NCBI GenBank assembly: GCA_017609995.1
Contig: JAFCCX010000001.1
Span: 1 to 31,006, forward strand
Length of the DNA: 31,006 nt
Source: Candidatus Pacearchaeota archaeon
GTDB lineage: Archaea; Nanobdellota; Nanobdellia; UBA10117; JABICX01
Reading direction: 5' to 3'
Every line of letters starts with the position of its first letter. The first letter of the stretch is position 1. The notes under the pieces were generated by a model. The model saw only the letters and a program-made list of their open reading frames with translations. It ran no database searches and was not told where the DNA came from. The position numbers and the translations under genes are program-made. Below are positions 7,079-19,459 of this stretch, one piece after another.

Positions 7079-8877
7079 CTGACGTATTAATTGACGGATC
7101 ATTAGTAGGAACTGTTTCAGATGGTAAAACGTTTGTACAAGATCTTATCACTTCAAGACGAGCTGGAAAAATATCTGCACAAGTTAATATTCTATACAAT
7201 GAAAAAGAAGAAAATGTAAGTATTGATTTCGGAAGAAATAGAATTCGAAGACCACTAATTGTTGTTAAGAATGGAACTTCTCTTTTGACACCTGAACTTA
7301 TAAAAGATTTGAAAGATAAAAAAATAAAATGGTTTGATCTTATAAAAAGGGGTGTTATTGAATATCTTGATGCATTAGAAGAAGAGAGTACATTAGTGGC
7401 ATTAAAGGAAGAAGATATAACAAACGAACATACACATCTTGAAATCAATCCAATTTCAATTTTTAGTGTAAATGTTTCTTTAGTTCCATATCCAAATTAC
7501 AATCAGAGTTCTCGACTTGCAAGAGGTCAGAAGAATCAGAAGCAAGGTGCAGGAATTTACGCACTTAATTTCTTAAACAGATTAGATACAAATATGAACT
7601 TACTTCATTATCCACAAACACCAATGGTTCGAAGTTTCACACAAGATATTTTTGGTGATTCTTTAGTTGGTGGACAGAATATTGTAATTGCTGTCTTAAA
7701 CTATGGTGGTTATAATATGGAAGACGCAATTGTAATTAATCGAGCATCAATTGATAGAGGTCTTTTCAGGTCAACTCATTATCGACCATATACAACTGAG
7801 AAGCTAAGATATGCTGGTGGACAGGTAGATGAAATTGGAATTCCACCAAAAGACACACAAAGTTATACACTTGAAGAGGATTACAGATTCTTAGGTGAAG
7901 GTGGTCTAATTTATCCTGAAGTTGATGTTACTGGCGGAGATGTTTTAATTGGTAAAACTTCACCTCCAAGATTCTTAAGCCATTTAGAATCATTTAGTAT
8001 GACTGCAAACATTAGAAAAGACACATCTATTAGAGTAAAATATGGTGAAAAAGGAACTGTATCAAAGGTTTTCTTAACTGAAAGTGGAGAAGGTAACCCA
8101 CTTGTTCGAGTTGAGGTTAGAGAAAACAGACTTCCAGAAGTTGGAGATAAGTTTGCATCACGACATGGTCAGAAAGGAATTATTGGTATGATTGCAAATC
8201 CAGAGGATGTTCCATTCACAGCATCAGGAATTCAACCAGATATTATATTCTCACCATTTGGTATGAGACGAATGACTGTTTCTCAGATTCTTGAAACACT
8301 TGGTGGAAAAGTTGGAGCAATGGCTGGAAGATTTGTTGATGGAAGCGGATTCCAAAGTGAAGATGTTGATAATTTAAGAACAGAATTACTTGACTTAGGT
8401 TTTAGAGAAGATGGAACTGAAACACTTTATGATGGAAGAACTGGAAGACTTTACAATGCAAGAATCTTTGTTGGTAATACTTTCTATATGAGATTAAAAT
8501 ATCAAGTTACAGATAAACTTCAAGCAAGAGCTCGTGGAAGAGTTGCACTTCTTACAAGACAACCTACTGCTGGTAAGGCAATGGAGGGTGGTCTGAGATT
8601 CGGAGAGATGGAGAAAGAAACTCTTGTAGGTCATGGAGCATCATTGTTAATGAAAGAAAGATTTGATTCAGATAAGACAGTTACTTATGTTTGTGAAAGA
8701 TGTGGTGATATTGCTGTTAGAGATCACTACAAAAATAAACTTACTTGTTTGAGTTGTGGAGATAAAGCAAAAGCATCTCCAATTGAAGTTTCTTACGCTT
8801 TCAAATTATTCCTTGATGAACTTAAGAGTATGGGAATACGTCCAAGATTAATACTAAGGGAGAAATACAAATCATGA
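7075..8877 (+). CDS. rpoB1: RNA polymerase subunit Rpo2C (B')
   Basis: GDKFASRHGQKG, LLTRQPTAG, GGLRFGEMEK and the C-terminal Zn site CERC...CLSC. Confidence 0.97.
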   Translation: MTDVLIDGSLVGTVSDGKTFVQDLITSRRAGKISAQVNILYNEKEENVSIDFGRNRIRRPLIVVKNGTSLLTPELIKDLKDKKIKWFDLIKRGVIEYLDALEEESTLVALKEEDITNEHTHLEINPISIFSVNVSLVPYPNYNQSSRLARGQKNQKQGAGIYALNFLNRLDTNMNLLHYPQTPMVRSFTQDIFGDSLVGGQNIVIAVLNYGGYNMEDAIVINRASIDRGLFRSTHYRPYTTEKLRYAGGQVDEIGIPPKDTQSYTLEEDYRFLGEGGLIYPEVDVTGGDVLIGKTSPPRFLSHLESFSMTANIRKDTSIRVKYGEKGTVSKVFLTESGEGNPLVRVEVRENRLPEVGDKFASRHGQKGIIGMIANPEDVPFTASGIQPDIIFSPFGMRRMTVSQILETLGGKVGAMAGRFVDGSGFQSEDVDNLRTELLDLGFREDGTETLYDGRTGRLYNARIFVGNTFYMRLKYQVTDKLQARARGRVALLTRQPTAGKAMEGGLRFGEMEKETLVGHGASLLMKERFDSDKTVTYVCERCGDIAVRDHYKNKLTCLSCGDKAKASPIEVSYAFKLFLDELKSMGIRPRLILREKYKS

Positions 8878-11456
8878 GAGAAGAACATATTGTAAAGAAG
8901 ATTGATAAGATTGCATTTGGAATTGTTTCACCTAGTCTTATTAAGAAAATGGGCGTAGTTAATGTAGTTACTCCTGAAATTTATGATGCAGATGGTTATC
9001 CAGTTAAGAAAGGTTTAATGGATCCTGGAATGGGTGTTATTGATCCAGGACTTAGATGTAAAACTTGTGGTGGTCGTCTTAAAAACTGTCAAGGTCACTT
9101 TGGTTTCATAACTTTATCAAAACCTGTTCTTCACGCACTTTATGCTGATAAAGTTTACAATTTCCTAAGAGGTTTCTGTAAAGAATGTGGAAGAATTCTT
9201 ATGACTCAAGATAAAATTAAAGATTGGTTAGCAAAAATCGATCAGGCAAAGAGAGAATATGATATAGATAAATTACATTCACTAATTAGTTCAGTTATAA
9301 CTTCAATTAAGAATGCAAAGAAATGTCCACATTGCGGATACAAAAAAGAAAAAATAACTTTTGTTAAACCAACATCTTTCAATGAGGGAGATGACAGAGT
9401 CTGGCCAAATGAAATAAGAGAAAGATTTGAAAAGATTCCAGATGATGATATTAGATTACTTGGGCTTGACCCTGCAGTTGCAAGACCAGAATGGATGGTT
9501 TTAACTGTACTTTTAGTTCCACCAATTACAATCAGACCATCGATTACATTAGAATCAGGTGAACGTTCAGAAGATGATTTAACTCACAAGCTTTCAGATA
9601 TTGTAAGAGTTAATCAAAGACTATTGGAGAATATCAATGCTGGAGCACCAGAAATTATTGTAGAAGATCTTTGGGACTTACTTCAATATCATATTACAAC
9701 ATATTTCAATAACAAGATTTCACAGATTCCACCAGCAAGACATAGAACAAAGAGACCACTTAAGACACTTGCACAAAGACTTAGTGGTAAAGAAGGACGA
9801 TTTAGATATAACTTGGCTGGTAAGAGAGTAAACTTCTGTGCACGTTCAGTTATTTCACCAGATCCATATATTGATATTAATGAAGTTGGTGTTCCAAAAC
9901 GAACAGCAACAGAACTTACAATTCCATAAAGAGTAAATGAATGGAATATAAAAATACTTACAAAATTTATTAAAAACGGTGATAAATATCCAGGTGCAAA
10001 CTATGTAATCACTGCTGATGGAAAGAGAAAGAAAATTACTACAGAAACATTACCATCAATTTTAGAAGAACTAGCTCCGGGATGGGTTATTGAAAGACAC
10101 TTGTTAGATGGAGATATTATTGTATTTAACAGACAACCATCTTTACATCGATTATCTATGATGGGACATAGAGTAAAACTTGTTCCAGGAAAAACATTGA
10201 GAATCAACCCAATTGTTTGTCTTCCATATAATGCAGACTTTGATGGTGACGAGATGAATTTACACTTACCACAGACAGAAGAAGCAAGATCAGAAGCAAA
10301 CAATCTGCTAATATTAAAGAATCAAATTATTACACCAAGATATGGTTTGAGTATTATTGGAGCAATTCAAGATATTCTTCTTGGTTGCTATTACTTAACA
10401 AAAGATATGTACTTAACACAAGAAGATGTTTCAGATTTAGCATTAGAAGTTAATTATGATAAAGAACTTCCAAAGCCAGATAAGAGAGAAGGTGGCAAAC
10501 CACTTTGGCACGGAAGACAAATTTTCAGTATGCTTTTACCAAAAGATCTAAACTTTATACGAAGTGGAAAGGTTTGGAAAAATGGAAAAGTTTCAAAAGG
10601 AGATGTTGTATTTAAGAATGGTCAACTAATTGATGGAATTATGGATAAGAAATTTATTGGTCCCGAGGGCGGACTTCTAATTCACAAACTTTACCAACAT
10701 TATGGTGTAGATGTAACTTCAGAATTTATTAATAACTTAAACAGACTTGGTTTAGCAATTAGTAGAAAGATTGCATATAGCATGTCATTCTATGATTTAG
10801 ATATTCCTAATAAACAAAAGAATGAGATTAAACAAATCTTAAAAGATACTGAAGAACAAGCACAGAAAATTATTCAACAATATTTGAATGATAAAATTAT
10901 TCCAATGCCTGGGCAGACAAAGAAAGAAACTTTTGAAGGAAAAATAATGCAGACATTAAGTAAGGCAAGAGATTCAACAGGTAATGTTGTTGAACAAGTT
11001 ATCAAAGAAGATTCAACTCTTGTAAATTCTGCACGAGCAGGTGCAGGAGATAAGATATTGAATATTTCACTTATGTCTGGTTTTGCAGGACAGCAAGCAC
11101 TTAGAGGAAACAGAATTGATATTGGTTATAATGATAGAACACTACCTCATTTTAAGAAGAAAGATTTAAGTCCAAGAGCAAGAGGATTTATTTCAAGAGG
11201 TTACGCACATGGAATTGATCCAATTGAATTATTTTTCAATGCAATTGTAGGTCGGGACTCATTAATGGATACTGCAATGAGAACTCCAAAATCAGGTTAC
11301 ATGCAGCGAAGATTAATTAATGCTCTACAAGATCTTAAATCAGATTATGATGGAACAATTAGAGATTCAGGTCGAATGATTGTTCAGTTTAAATATGGCG
11401 GAGATAATATTGACGTTTCAAAGAGTGATGGAGGCACAATAGATACTGATTTGTAA
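8874..11456 (+). CDS. rpoA1: RNA polymerase subunit Rpo1N (A'), one reading frame interrupted by an in-frame TAA at 9927-9929
   Basis: The track ORFs 8874-9929 and 10101-11456 are in the same frame. The intervening codons read (TIP)*RVNEWNI...YPGANYV...ERHLLDGD, which is continuous Rpo1N. Catalytic NADFDGDEMN is in the second part. Confidence 0.93.
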
Positions 11457-11544
11457 TCAACCAAATTATTACACAATTTGTTGGCTTTTCGCTGTTAGCG
11501 AGAACCTGACCAAATTGGGTGTTGATTCGAGCGGGAGATACTAA

Positions 11545-12933
<1,389 letters not shown>

Positions 12934-12941
<8 letters not shown>

Positions 12942-13356
12942 ATTATCTGTCGATGACATCAAAATAATGAGTGTTTTTAGCAAACTAACTTATGTTTTTC
13001 CAACAGATTGTTTTACAGTAGGTAAAACTATTGTATTTATCACACCACCTGGCTCAGCTGCTAAAGCAATTGGTAAGCAAGGCAAGAATGTTCAATTTCT
13101 TAAGAACAAACTGAATCAAGATATTAAGATTGTTGAGTCTGCTTCAGATGTAATAAACTTATGTAAAAACTACTTGTTTCCATTAATACCAAAAACACTT
13201 GAAAAAGACATTGAAAACAAAAATATAATCAAAATAGAGTTCAAAACTAGTAGAGAAAGACGATTTCTGTTAGATAATCAGCAAAAGGGACTGAAGGAAC
13301 TAAAGGAAGTTGTTAACCGTTATTTCAAAGAAATCGAGGATATTCGTATCTTATAG
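12934..13356 (+). CDS. nusA: Archaeal NusA (KH domains)
   Basis: KAIGKQGKNV KH motif; position between rpl30e and rps12. Confidence 0.88.
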
Positions 13357-13361
13357 TTAAA

Positions 13362-13369
13362 TTTATAAA
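13362..13369 (+). promoter_or_regulatory. Internal TATA box upstream of rps12
   Basis: TTTATAAA 22 nt before ATG 13391. Confidence 0.6.
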
Positions 13370-13390
13370 CCCTTTTTTAGAGGACTAAAT

Positions 13391-13831
13391 ATGGCTAAGA
13401 AATCACGTGGTCTGGGAGCTGCTAAAAAGCTCAAGAAGCGAAGAAGCAAATTTCGAGAGAATAATAAATGGTTCGTTAGACGGAAATATCGTTTGAAAGA
13501 AAAATCAGACCCATTAAAAGGTGCTCCTATGGCTAAAGGCATTGTGCTTTCTAAGAGACAGTTAGAAGCTAAGCAACCTAACTCAGCTATGAGAAAGGCT
13601 GTTAGAGTTCAGCTTATTAAAAACGGTAAGCAAGTAACTGCTTTTGTGCCAGGAGATGGCGGAATTAAGCACATTGATGAGCACGATGAAGTTATTGTAG
13701 CTGGAATTGGCGGACATATGGGCAAGACAAAAGGAGATATCCCACAAGTTCGATGGCAAGTTATGAAAGTTAATAATCAATCTTTAGAAATGATTAGAAA
13801 AGGACGAAAAGATAAGATAGTAGGAAGATAA
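13391..13831 (+). CDS. rps12: 30S ribosomal protein uS12
   Basis: [39 protein letters not shown]. Confidence 0.97.
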   Translation: MAKKSRGLGAAKKLKKRRSKFRENNKWFVRRKYRLKEKSDPLKGAPMAKGIVLSKRQLEAKQPNSAMRKAVRVQLIKNGKQVTAFVPGDGGIKHIDEHDEVIVAGIGGHMGKTKGDIPQVRWQVMKVNNQSLEMIRKGRKDKIVGR

Positions 13832-13835
13832 TTCT

Positions 13836-14594
13836 ATGGTTAAATCTAAGGCTAAAACCCCAAAATCAGAGAAGAAAGTTGCTGAAGCAGAAGCAGAAAA
13901 GGTTGCAAAGGAAGATAATAAAGTAATAGATGAAGAATCTACAAAATTAGAGAAGCCTTTACGAATTGGGGAAGAAAAACCAAAGAAACCAGTTTATGAT
14001 TTCAAACTTTTTGATAGATGGGAACTAACTGGAATTCATGTTTCAGATGCAGGATTGAAGAGATACATTAACCTGACTCCGCAAATGGTTCCATTCTCAG
14101 CTGGCCGAACAGTTAAGAAACAATTCTGGAAATCTAAGAAAAACATTGTCGAGAGACTGATTGGCAGAGTTTTTGTTGCAGGACATAAAGGAAAGAAACA
14201 TTGGAGAACATCTGGAATTAATACAGGAAAGTTCACTGTAGCAACAAAAATTATTAAACAAACATTTGAGATTCTTGAGAAAAAGACTCAAAAGAACCCA
14301 ATTCAGGTTCTAGTTGATGCTATTTGTATAGGTTCACCAAGAGAAGGTGTAACAACTATTGAATATGGTGGAGTTAGATATCCTAAAGCAGTTGATATTT
14401 CACCACAAAAGAGAATAGATTTAGCTCTTAGATGGATGGTTCAAGGAGCTTTCCAAAAAGCTTCTACAAGTGGCAAAACAAAGATGTCTGAAGCACTTGC
14501 AGACCAGATAATCCTATCAACTCAGCAAGATGCAAAAGCTAACTGCATACAGAAAAGATTTGAATTAGAAAGACAATCTGCAGCTTCTAGATAA
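13836..14594 (+). CDS. rps7: 30S ribosomal protein uS7 with an about 50-aa charged N-terminal extension
   Basis: FKLFDRWE, NIVERLI, NPIQVLVDAI...PREG, AVDISPQKRIDLAL. Confidence 0.95.
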   Translation: MVKSKAKTPKSEKKVAEAEAEKVAKEDNKVIDEESTKLEKPLRIGEEKPKKPVYDFKLFDRWELTGIHVSDAGLKRYINLTPQMVPFSAGRTVKKQFWKSKKNIVERLIGRVFVAGHKGKKHWRTSGINTGKFTVATKIIKQTFEILEKKTQKNPIQVLVDAICIGSPREGVTTIEYGGVRYPKAVDISPQKRIDLALRWMVQGAFQKASTSGKTKMSEALADQIILSTQQDAKANCIQKRFELERQSAASR

Positions 14595-14596
14595 TT

Positions 14597-14986
14597 CTAA
14601 ATTCCATCAAGTAATCTATCGATTGTTAGTGGTTCTCCGCGCAATGTTATTATTCCACCTTTTTTATGTTTAAAACTTGAAAATAAAGCAGCATACCATG
14701 GCTCTGTTCTTCGTGAGATAATACCGTCTTCATACCATAATGTGCTTTCTATTTTTCGAGTAGGCAATTTAATTCGTTCTCTAAATATAACAACAGCATC
14801 ACCTTTAGTTGTAGGAAGAGCAGTTTCATCTAATGTACCATCATTATGAGTTATGATATCTCTCATATTAATTTCAATAACATTTCCAAAAAAAAAGCTA
14901 GAAGTTTCTCTTGCGGAAGGGTAGTCTTGTTTTAAGTCTTCTAAAATACCATCACTTTCTTCTGGACTAAAACTTACATAAGCCAT
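14597..14986 (-). CDS. Hypothetical protein (129 aa)
   Basis: Clean ATG ORF filling the gap; no recognisable motif. Confidence 0.6.
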   Translation of the reverse strand: MAYVSFSPEESDGILEDLKQDYPSARETSSFFFGNVIEINMRDIITHNDGTLDETALPTTKGDAVVIFRERIKLPTRKIESTLWYEDGIISRRTEPWYAALFSSFKHKKGGIITLRGEPLTIDRLLDGI

Positions 14987-15037
14987 ATAAAATCAAGTAT
15001 GGTAAAACTTATATTTATTTCCATACTAGTAATTAAA

Positions 15038-15691
15038 ATGCCAATAGCGTTTAATTTTAAAGTATGTGATAACGCACCTGAATGTAATGGAATTGCAAAT
15101 TGTCCATTGAAACTGATCAAATGGGATAATAAACAACAGACATTAGTTGTTAACAACGATAAATGCACTGCTTGTGGCTTATGTGCTAAATCCTGTCCTG
15201 TACCTGGAGCTATTTTAGTAGCAAAAAATGATGAAGAATTTGCAAAAATAAAGGCAGATGTTGAGGCTGACCCAAGAACTCGAGCAGAATTGCTTGAAGA
15301 TAGATATGGTACAGCACCAACAGATCAAGCTCTTGTTCTGACAATGAAGAATTTTGATGAGGAAGTACTCCAATCAGATAGACTTACGTTTGTTGATTTT
15401 TGGGATGACCCACATGTTGCTTGTAGAATCAAATCTATTCCATTTAAACAGATGCGTCAGGCTGCTACAAAAGTAATCTCTAAGATGAAGAAACCAGTCA
15501 AACTTCAATTTAAGAAGATTGATATTGAGGCAAATCCTGAGATTGCAACAAGATATTCTATAAAAGAAATTCCTTCCTTAGTTGTTTTCTGGAAAGGAAA
15601 AGCAATTAGCAGAATCTCAGGTAGAGTATTACTTGATGATGTCAAAAAGATGAATAATGAAATAGAAGCAGCAATTAAGAAAGCCAATTAG
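15038..15691 (+). CDS. Ferredoxin domain fused to a thioredoxin-fold domain lacking CxxC
   Basis: N-terminal Cx5Cx5CP and CTACGLCAKSCP motifs. C-terminal VDFWDDPHVAC, KIDIEANPEIATRYSIKEIPSLVVF. ATG 15038 is favoured by TTATAT at 15009-15014. Confidence 0.8.
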   Translation: MPIAFNFKVCDNAPECNGIANCPLKLIKWDNKQQTLVVNNDKCTACGLCAKSCPVPGAILVAKNDEEFAKIKADVEADPRTRAELLEDRYGTAPTDQALVLTMKNFDEEVLQSDRLTFVDFWDDPHVACRIKSIPFKQMRQAATKVISKMKKPVKLQFKKIDIEANPEIATRYSIKEIPSLVVFWKGKAISRISGRVLLDDVKKMNNEIEAAIKKAN

Positions 15692-16185
15692 GCTTCGTCT
15701 TTCTTTTCTTCTTCAGTTGATTCTTCTTCTTTAGCAGGCTCTTCAGTTTTCTCTTCTTGTTTTGGTTCTTCAGCAGGTTTTTCTTCGCCTTCAGCTGGCT
15801 TAGCTTCTCCACCAAGAACTTTAGCTAAATCTTCCTTGCCTGTTTTTATAACCTTGCAATTAACTTGTGCTGTATCATTAGAAATAGTATTACCTCGAAT
15901 AGATTTTCTCTTTCTCTGTCCAGAGCTCTTAGCATGGAAACCTACACCCTTAGTTAATAGAACCTTTTTTCTTGTTTGTCCAGAAACGTCTTTTCTCATT
16001 GGAACACCTGTTTTATCGCTTCCACCAGTGATTTCTAGTTCATATCCATTTAAGCTGATTATTTCGCCTCGGAACATCTCACCAATCTTTTTTCCAACAA
16101 GTTTTTCAGCATCAGGACCACTAATTGTAGTCTTATATGTCTTTTTTGACTTCTTGTCTCCAATTGCTAATTTGAATTCAACCAT
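15688..16185 (-). CDS. rps6e: 30S ribosomal protein eS6 with an acidic C-terminal tail
   Basis: LVGKKIGE, YELEITGGSDKTGVPMR, GQRKRKSIRGNTI. Confidence 0.95.
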   Translation of the reverse strand: MVEFKLAIGDKKSKKTYKTTISGPDAEKLVGKKIGEMFRGEIISLNGYELEITGGSDKTGVPMRKDVSGQTRKKVLLTKGVGFHAKSSGQRKRKSIRGNTISNDTAQVNCKVIKTGKEDLAKVLGGEAKPAEGEEKPAEEPKQEEKTEEPAKEEESTEEEKKDEA

Positions 16186-16239
16186 TCTGTATACTGAATT
16201 GTGGAACTCTTTTTAAGCTTTTTGGATGTATATATTATT

Positions 16240-16914
16240 ATGAGCACATTTATTTCATCCCACGAAGATAATGAGAAAGGAGATGTATTTTTTGATAGGC
16301 CTCTTGGGTTCCAAATTAAAGAGTTGGTTGTAAAATTAGGTGAATACCAAATTGGTCGTGATGAGATTGATAAAACAAAAGAAGTAGTAGAGAATATTGA
16401 ATATAATACGTCTCTTGATACATTTCGAGTCATAGGATACCCCGACGGCAGCTTATTTCGATTAATCGTTGCTGATGATTTTTCACTTAAAGTAGATAGA
16501 TTTATCCTTGAAAAATTTCAAATGCGTTTTAAAGCTGATGCAGCTTCTGAATTATTTTATACTTATGAAAAAAACAGAAGAGAAAATCCAGAACTAAATT
16601 TACTTTCAATTCATTCTTTTCCAAAAAGAAATCAAATTTGTTTTGTTCCTGCTATTCTTACTTATTCAAATGAAAGAGATTTATGGGTAGAATTCCGTAG
16701 AGTAAAACATAGTAATTTCAGTTACGTTTCTGCTAGAACTATACTTAGAGATCCAAAGCTTCTCGAAGAAGCAAAAAAATTACCAAAACCGGCACCAATG
16801 TTTAGTGGAGCTGAAATGAACCACTTTACTAATTTTACATTAATTTGTTCTAAAATAATAGATGGAACACTTGATCAATTTTTAGATGAACAAGATATAA
16901 AAATCTATGATTGA
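16240..16914 (+). CDS. Hypothetical protein (about 224 aa)
   Basis: Long ORF; ATG 16240 is preferred over the GTG at 16201; no recognisable family. Confidence 0.6.
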   Translation: MSTFISSHEDNEKGDVFFDRPLGFQIKELVVKLGEYQIGRDEIDKTKEVVENIEYNTSLDTFRVIGYPDGSLFRLIVADDFSLKVDRFILEKFQMRFKADAASELFYTYEKNRRENPELNLLSIHSFPKRNQICFVPAILTYSNERDLWVEFRRVKHSNFSYVSARTILRDPKLLEEAKKLPKPAPMFSGAEMNHFTNFTLICSKIIDGTLDQFLDEQDIKIYD

Positions 16915-18671
16915 TAGAACTCACCAGATTTTCTTTGTTTAGCGTCTTTTTGGCTGCCTGGTTTGTTAACTCTTGGTCTATTGGTTTCAGGGTCTTTTCT
17001 CAAAGTGATGTCAAGTTCTTTTAGAAATGAATTCATACCTTCTTTTACAGGCAAGATTTCTTTTGCATGTCCAGCTTTTGAAGGTTCACCATCAAATACC
17101 ATAACTCTGTCTGAGATGAAACTAACAAAAAGGAGATCATGGTCAATTACTAAGGCCGCAGCATCTTTGTGTTTAATGACTTTTTGAATAGCTTTTGCAA
17201 CTTGTAAACGTTGCTCAACATCAAGATAAGTTGAAGGTTCATCTAAAAGATAAACATCAGCATCTCTTAATAGACAAATTGCAACAGCAACTCTTTGAAG
17301 TTCACCACCTGAAAGGTCACGAACAATATGCTCCATTAGATGTTCAAGTTTAAGAGGGCGTAGTATATTTAGCACATTTTCCTGGGTTAAAGCCATCTTA
17401 TTTGCTTCTAAAAGAGCTAATTTAACAGTTAAAATAGAATCTCCCTTGATGTACTGAGGCTTGTAAGATATTTTGAGTTTTGAATCAAGTTTGCCTTTAT
17501 CTGGAGTAAGTTCACCTACTAACATTCGCATGAAAGTTGTTTTACCTGTCGCATTTGCTCCAACAATACCAACAACTTCTTTGTAATGAAGTTCAGAAGA
17601 ATCAATGTTTAATTTAAAACCACTTTTCATTTCTTTATACATTTCTGGCCAAGAAACTAGTGGTAAAGCCTCACTTTCTTTTGTAATCATGTGATGTTCA
17701 AACTTTAGTGGTTCTGGTCTGAACCGAATATTTTCCCCGCGAATGTAGCCATCTAAATAAGTATTGATACCGTTTTTAGCTGAAAGAGGGTGAGAAACAA
17801 CACCATATGCTGCTGTCTGACCAAAAAGAATGTGAACTAAATCAGCTAAGAAATCTAAGATAATTAAATCATGCTCAACAACAAGCACTTGCTTTCCAGA
17901 CTCAGATAATTCTCTAATGACTTTTGCTATGCGAACCCTCTCCTTTACATCTAAATAAGATGCAGGTTCATCAAAGAAGTAAAGGTCAGCTTCTTTTAGA
18001 ACAGCTGCTGAAATAGCTGTTTTTTGTAATTCACCACCAGATAGCTCATGAACGTGTCTGCTAAGAATATGAAGAATATTAAGTTTCTTTGCCATTGTTT
18101 TTATCTGTTCCTCATTAGCATGCTTTCTAAGTAGTTCAATTACAGTTCCATCAAATTTCTTTGGAATCATATCAACATATTGTGGTTTATAAGAAACTGT
18201 GGCCTTTTGTTTGAAAAGATTTGAAAAATATTTGTGAAGTTCAGTTCCCTTGAAATGTTCAATAACTGCTCGTTCATCAAGTGGATTGTCATACTCACCT
18301 AAATTTGGTTTGTGAATTCCAGATAAAACTTCTAAAGCAGTTGATTTACCAATTCCATTTGCACCCACAATTCCAACTACTTGGTTTTCAATTGGTATTG
18401 GAAGTCTAAAAAGTTCAAATGCATTTTCTGCATATCTAAAAACAGGAGCCTCTTTCAAAGCTTCAGGAAGGTTGACAATTTGAATTGCTCCAAAAGGACA
18501 TTTCTTTGGACAGATACCACAACCAGTACAAAGAACTTCATCAATATGCGCTACATCTTTTATTACAATACATTCTTTACCCATCCGATTAACTGGACAG
18601 TATTTAGAACACTCTTGAGAACATCGTTTAGGAAAACACTTACTTCTATTTAGAATTGCGATTCGACTCAT
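16905..18671 (-). CDS. rli: Ribosome recycling factor ABCE1/Rli1
   Basis: N-terminal Fe-S motifs ([27 protein letters not shown]) and two ABC NBDs ([15 protein letters not shown]; [18 protein letters not shown]). Start probably MSRIAIL at 18671. Confidence 0.96.
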   Translation of the reverse strand: MSRIAILNRSKCFPKRCSQECSKYCPVNRMGKECIVIKDVAHIDEVLCTGCGICPKKCPFGAIQIVNLPEALKEAPVFRYAENAFELFRLPIPIENQVVGIVGANGIGKSTALEVLSGIHKPNLGEYDNPLDERAVIEHFKGTELHKYFSNLFKQKATVSYKPQYVDMIPKKFDGTVIELLRKHANEEQIKTMAKKLNILHILSRHVHELSGGELQKTAISAAVLKEADLYFFDEPASYLDVKERVRIAKVIRELSESGKQVLVVEHDLIILDFLADLVHILFGQTAAYGVVSHPLSAKNGINTYLDGYIRGENIRFRPEPLKFEHHMITKESEALPLVSWPEMYKEMKSGFKLNIDSSELHYKEVVGIVGANATGKTTFMRMLVGELTPDKGKLDSKLKISYKPQYIKGDSILTVKLALLEANKMALTQENVLNILRPLKLEHLMEHIVRDLSGGELQRVAVAICLLRDADVYLLDEPSTYLDVEQRLQVAKAIQKVIKHKDAAALVIDHDLLFVSFISDRVMVFDGEPSKAGHAKEILPVKEGMNSFLKELDITLRKDPETNRPRVNKPGSQKDAKQRKSGEFYQS

Positions 18672-19060
18672 TTTCGTTTCTTCCAAACTTCCCTAAGAGC
18701 AGGCCTAAGGTTTTTGGTTTTAAGAATATTTTGTTTAGAAACCCATTTAACATCTTTTACTTCATGTTCAAGGATAATATCTCCACCACTTATCTTACCA
18801 AAATAATAAATTAAAATAGTGTGTCTTTCAATTTTAGGGTCAAAAATTTCAGTAAAACCTACAAAATCTTTTAGTTTGATATCTAATCCAATCTCCTCTT
18901 TTACTTCCCGAATACCACATTCTTCAAGAGTTTCACCAAATTCTTGTTGTCCGCCTGGAGCATCCCATGTATTTGCATCTGGTGGATACGCTCTTTGGAT
19001 TAAGAGAAATTTCCCATTTTTTTCAAGAATAACTTTAACTGCAACATGAACATATTTCAT
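18668..19060 (-). CDS. Nudix hydrolase
   Basis: Nudix box GGQQEFGETLEECGIREVKEEIG; start probably ATG 19060. Confidence 0.92.
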   Translation of the reverse strand: MKYVHVAVKVILEKNGKFLLIQRAYPPDANTWDAPGGQQEFGETLEECGIREVKEEIGLDIKLKDFVGFTEIFDPKIERHTILIYYFGKISGGDIILEHEVKDVKWVSKQNILKTKNLRPALREVWKKRK

Positions 19061-19098
19061 ACTACAAAAAGTTTGCAAATCTATATAATACTTTTCTT

Positions 19099-19386
19099 CT
19101 AGAGACGTTTTCCAGTAATTGGAGTTCTAGAGTCTGTTAGCATTAGGATATATGCATTAGCTCTACTGTTGAATCTCCAGAAACCAAGCATAAAATCATT
19201 CAAGTCTTTTTGTCTTCTTCCCATTGCAAAGATGTAAATCCATTGAACAATCCATGCAAAAAATACAAAGAAACCCCAAATACTAATTGCTATGCTTAGA
19301 ATCCATCCATATAAGAAACGAATGAATAGCTCTAATCTAGAACCATTTCTTGCCCATTTTACGTCTACTTTAGCAGGGTATGCCAT
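19099..19386 (-). CDS. DUF4389-like membrane protein
   Basis: SRLELFIR, a hydrophobic segment and RANAYILMLTDSRTPI pattern recalled for DUF4389. Confidence 0.75.
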   Translation of the reverse strand: MAYPAKVDVKWARNGSRLELFIRFLYGWILSIAISIWGFFVFFAWIVQWIYIFAMGRRQKDLNDFMLGFWRFNSRANAYILMLTDSRTPITGKRL

Positions 19387-19459
19387 GGATTAATATATAC
19401 ACTCAAATATATAAAAGTTGCTTAGTAACACTTAAAAACCCACTTTTTGACTTATAATT

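Noticed and set aside
9927-9929. Genome-wide reassignment of TAA to Glu
   Set aside because: TAA ends asnS, rpo5, rpo1N (11454), rps12, rps7, ychF and rps17e at their expected C-termini, and no other conserved gene here has an internal TAA.
16560-16630. JAB/MPN-like motif in ORF 16240-16914 (LLSIHSFP)
   Set aside because: It has only one His where HxH is required, and no supporting downstream S/D spacing.
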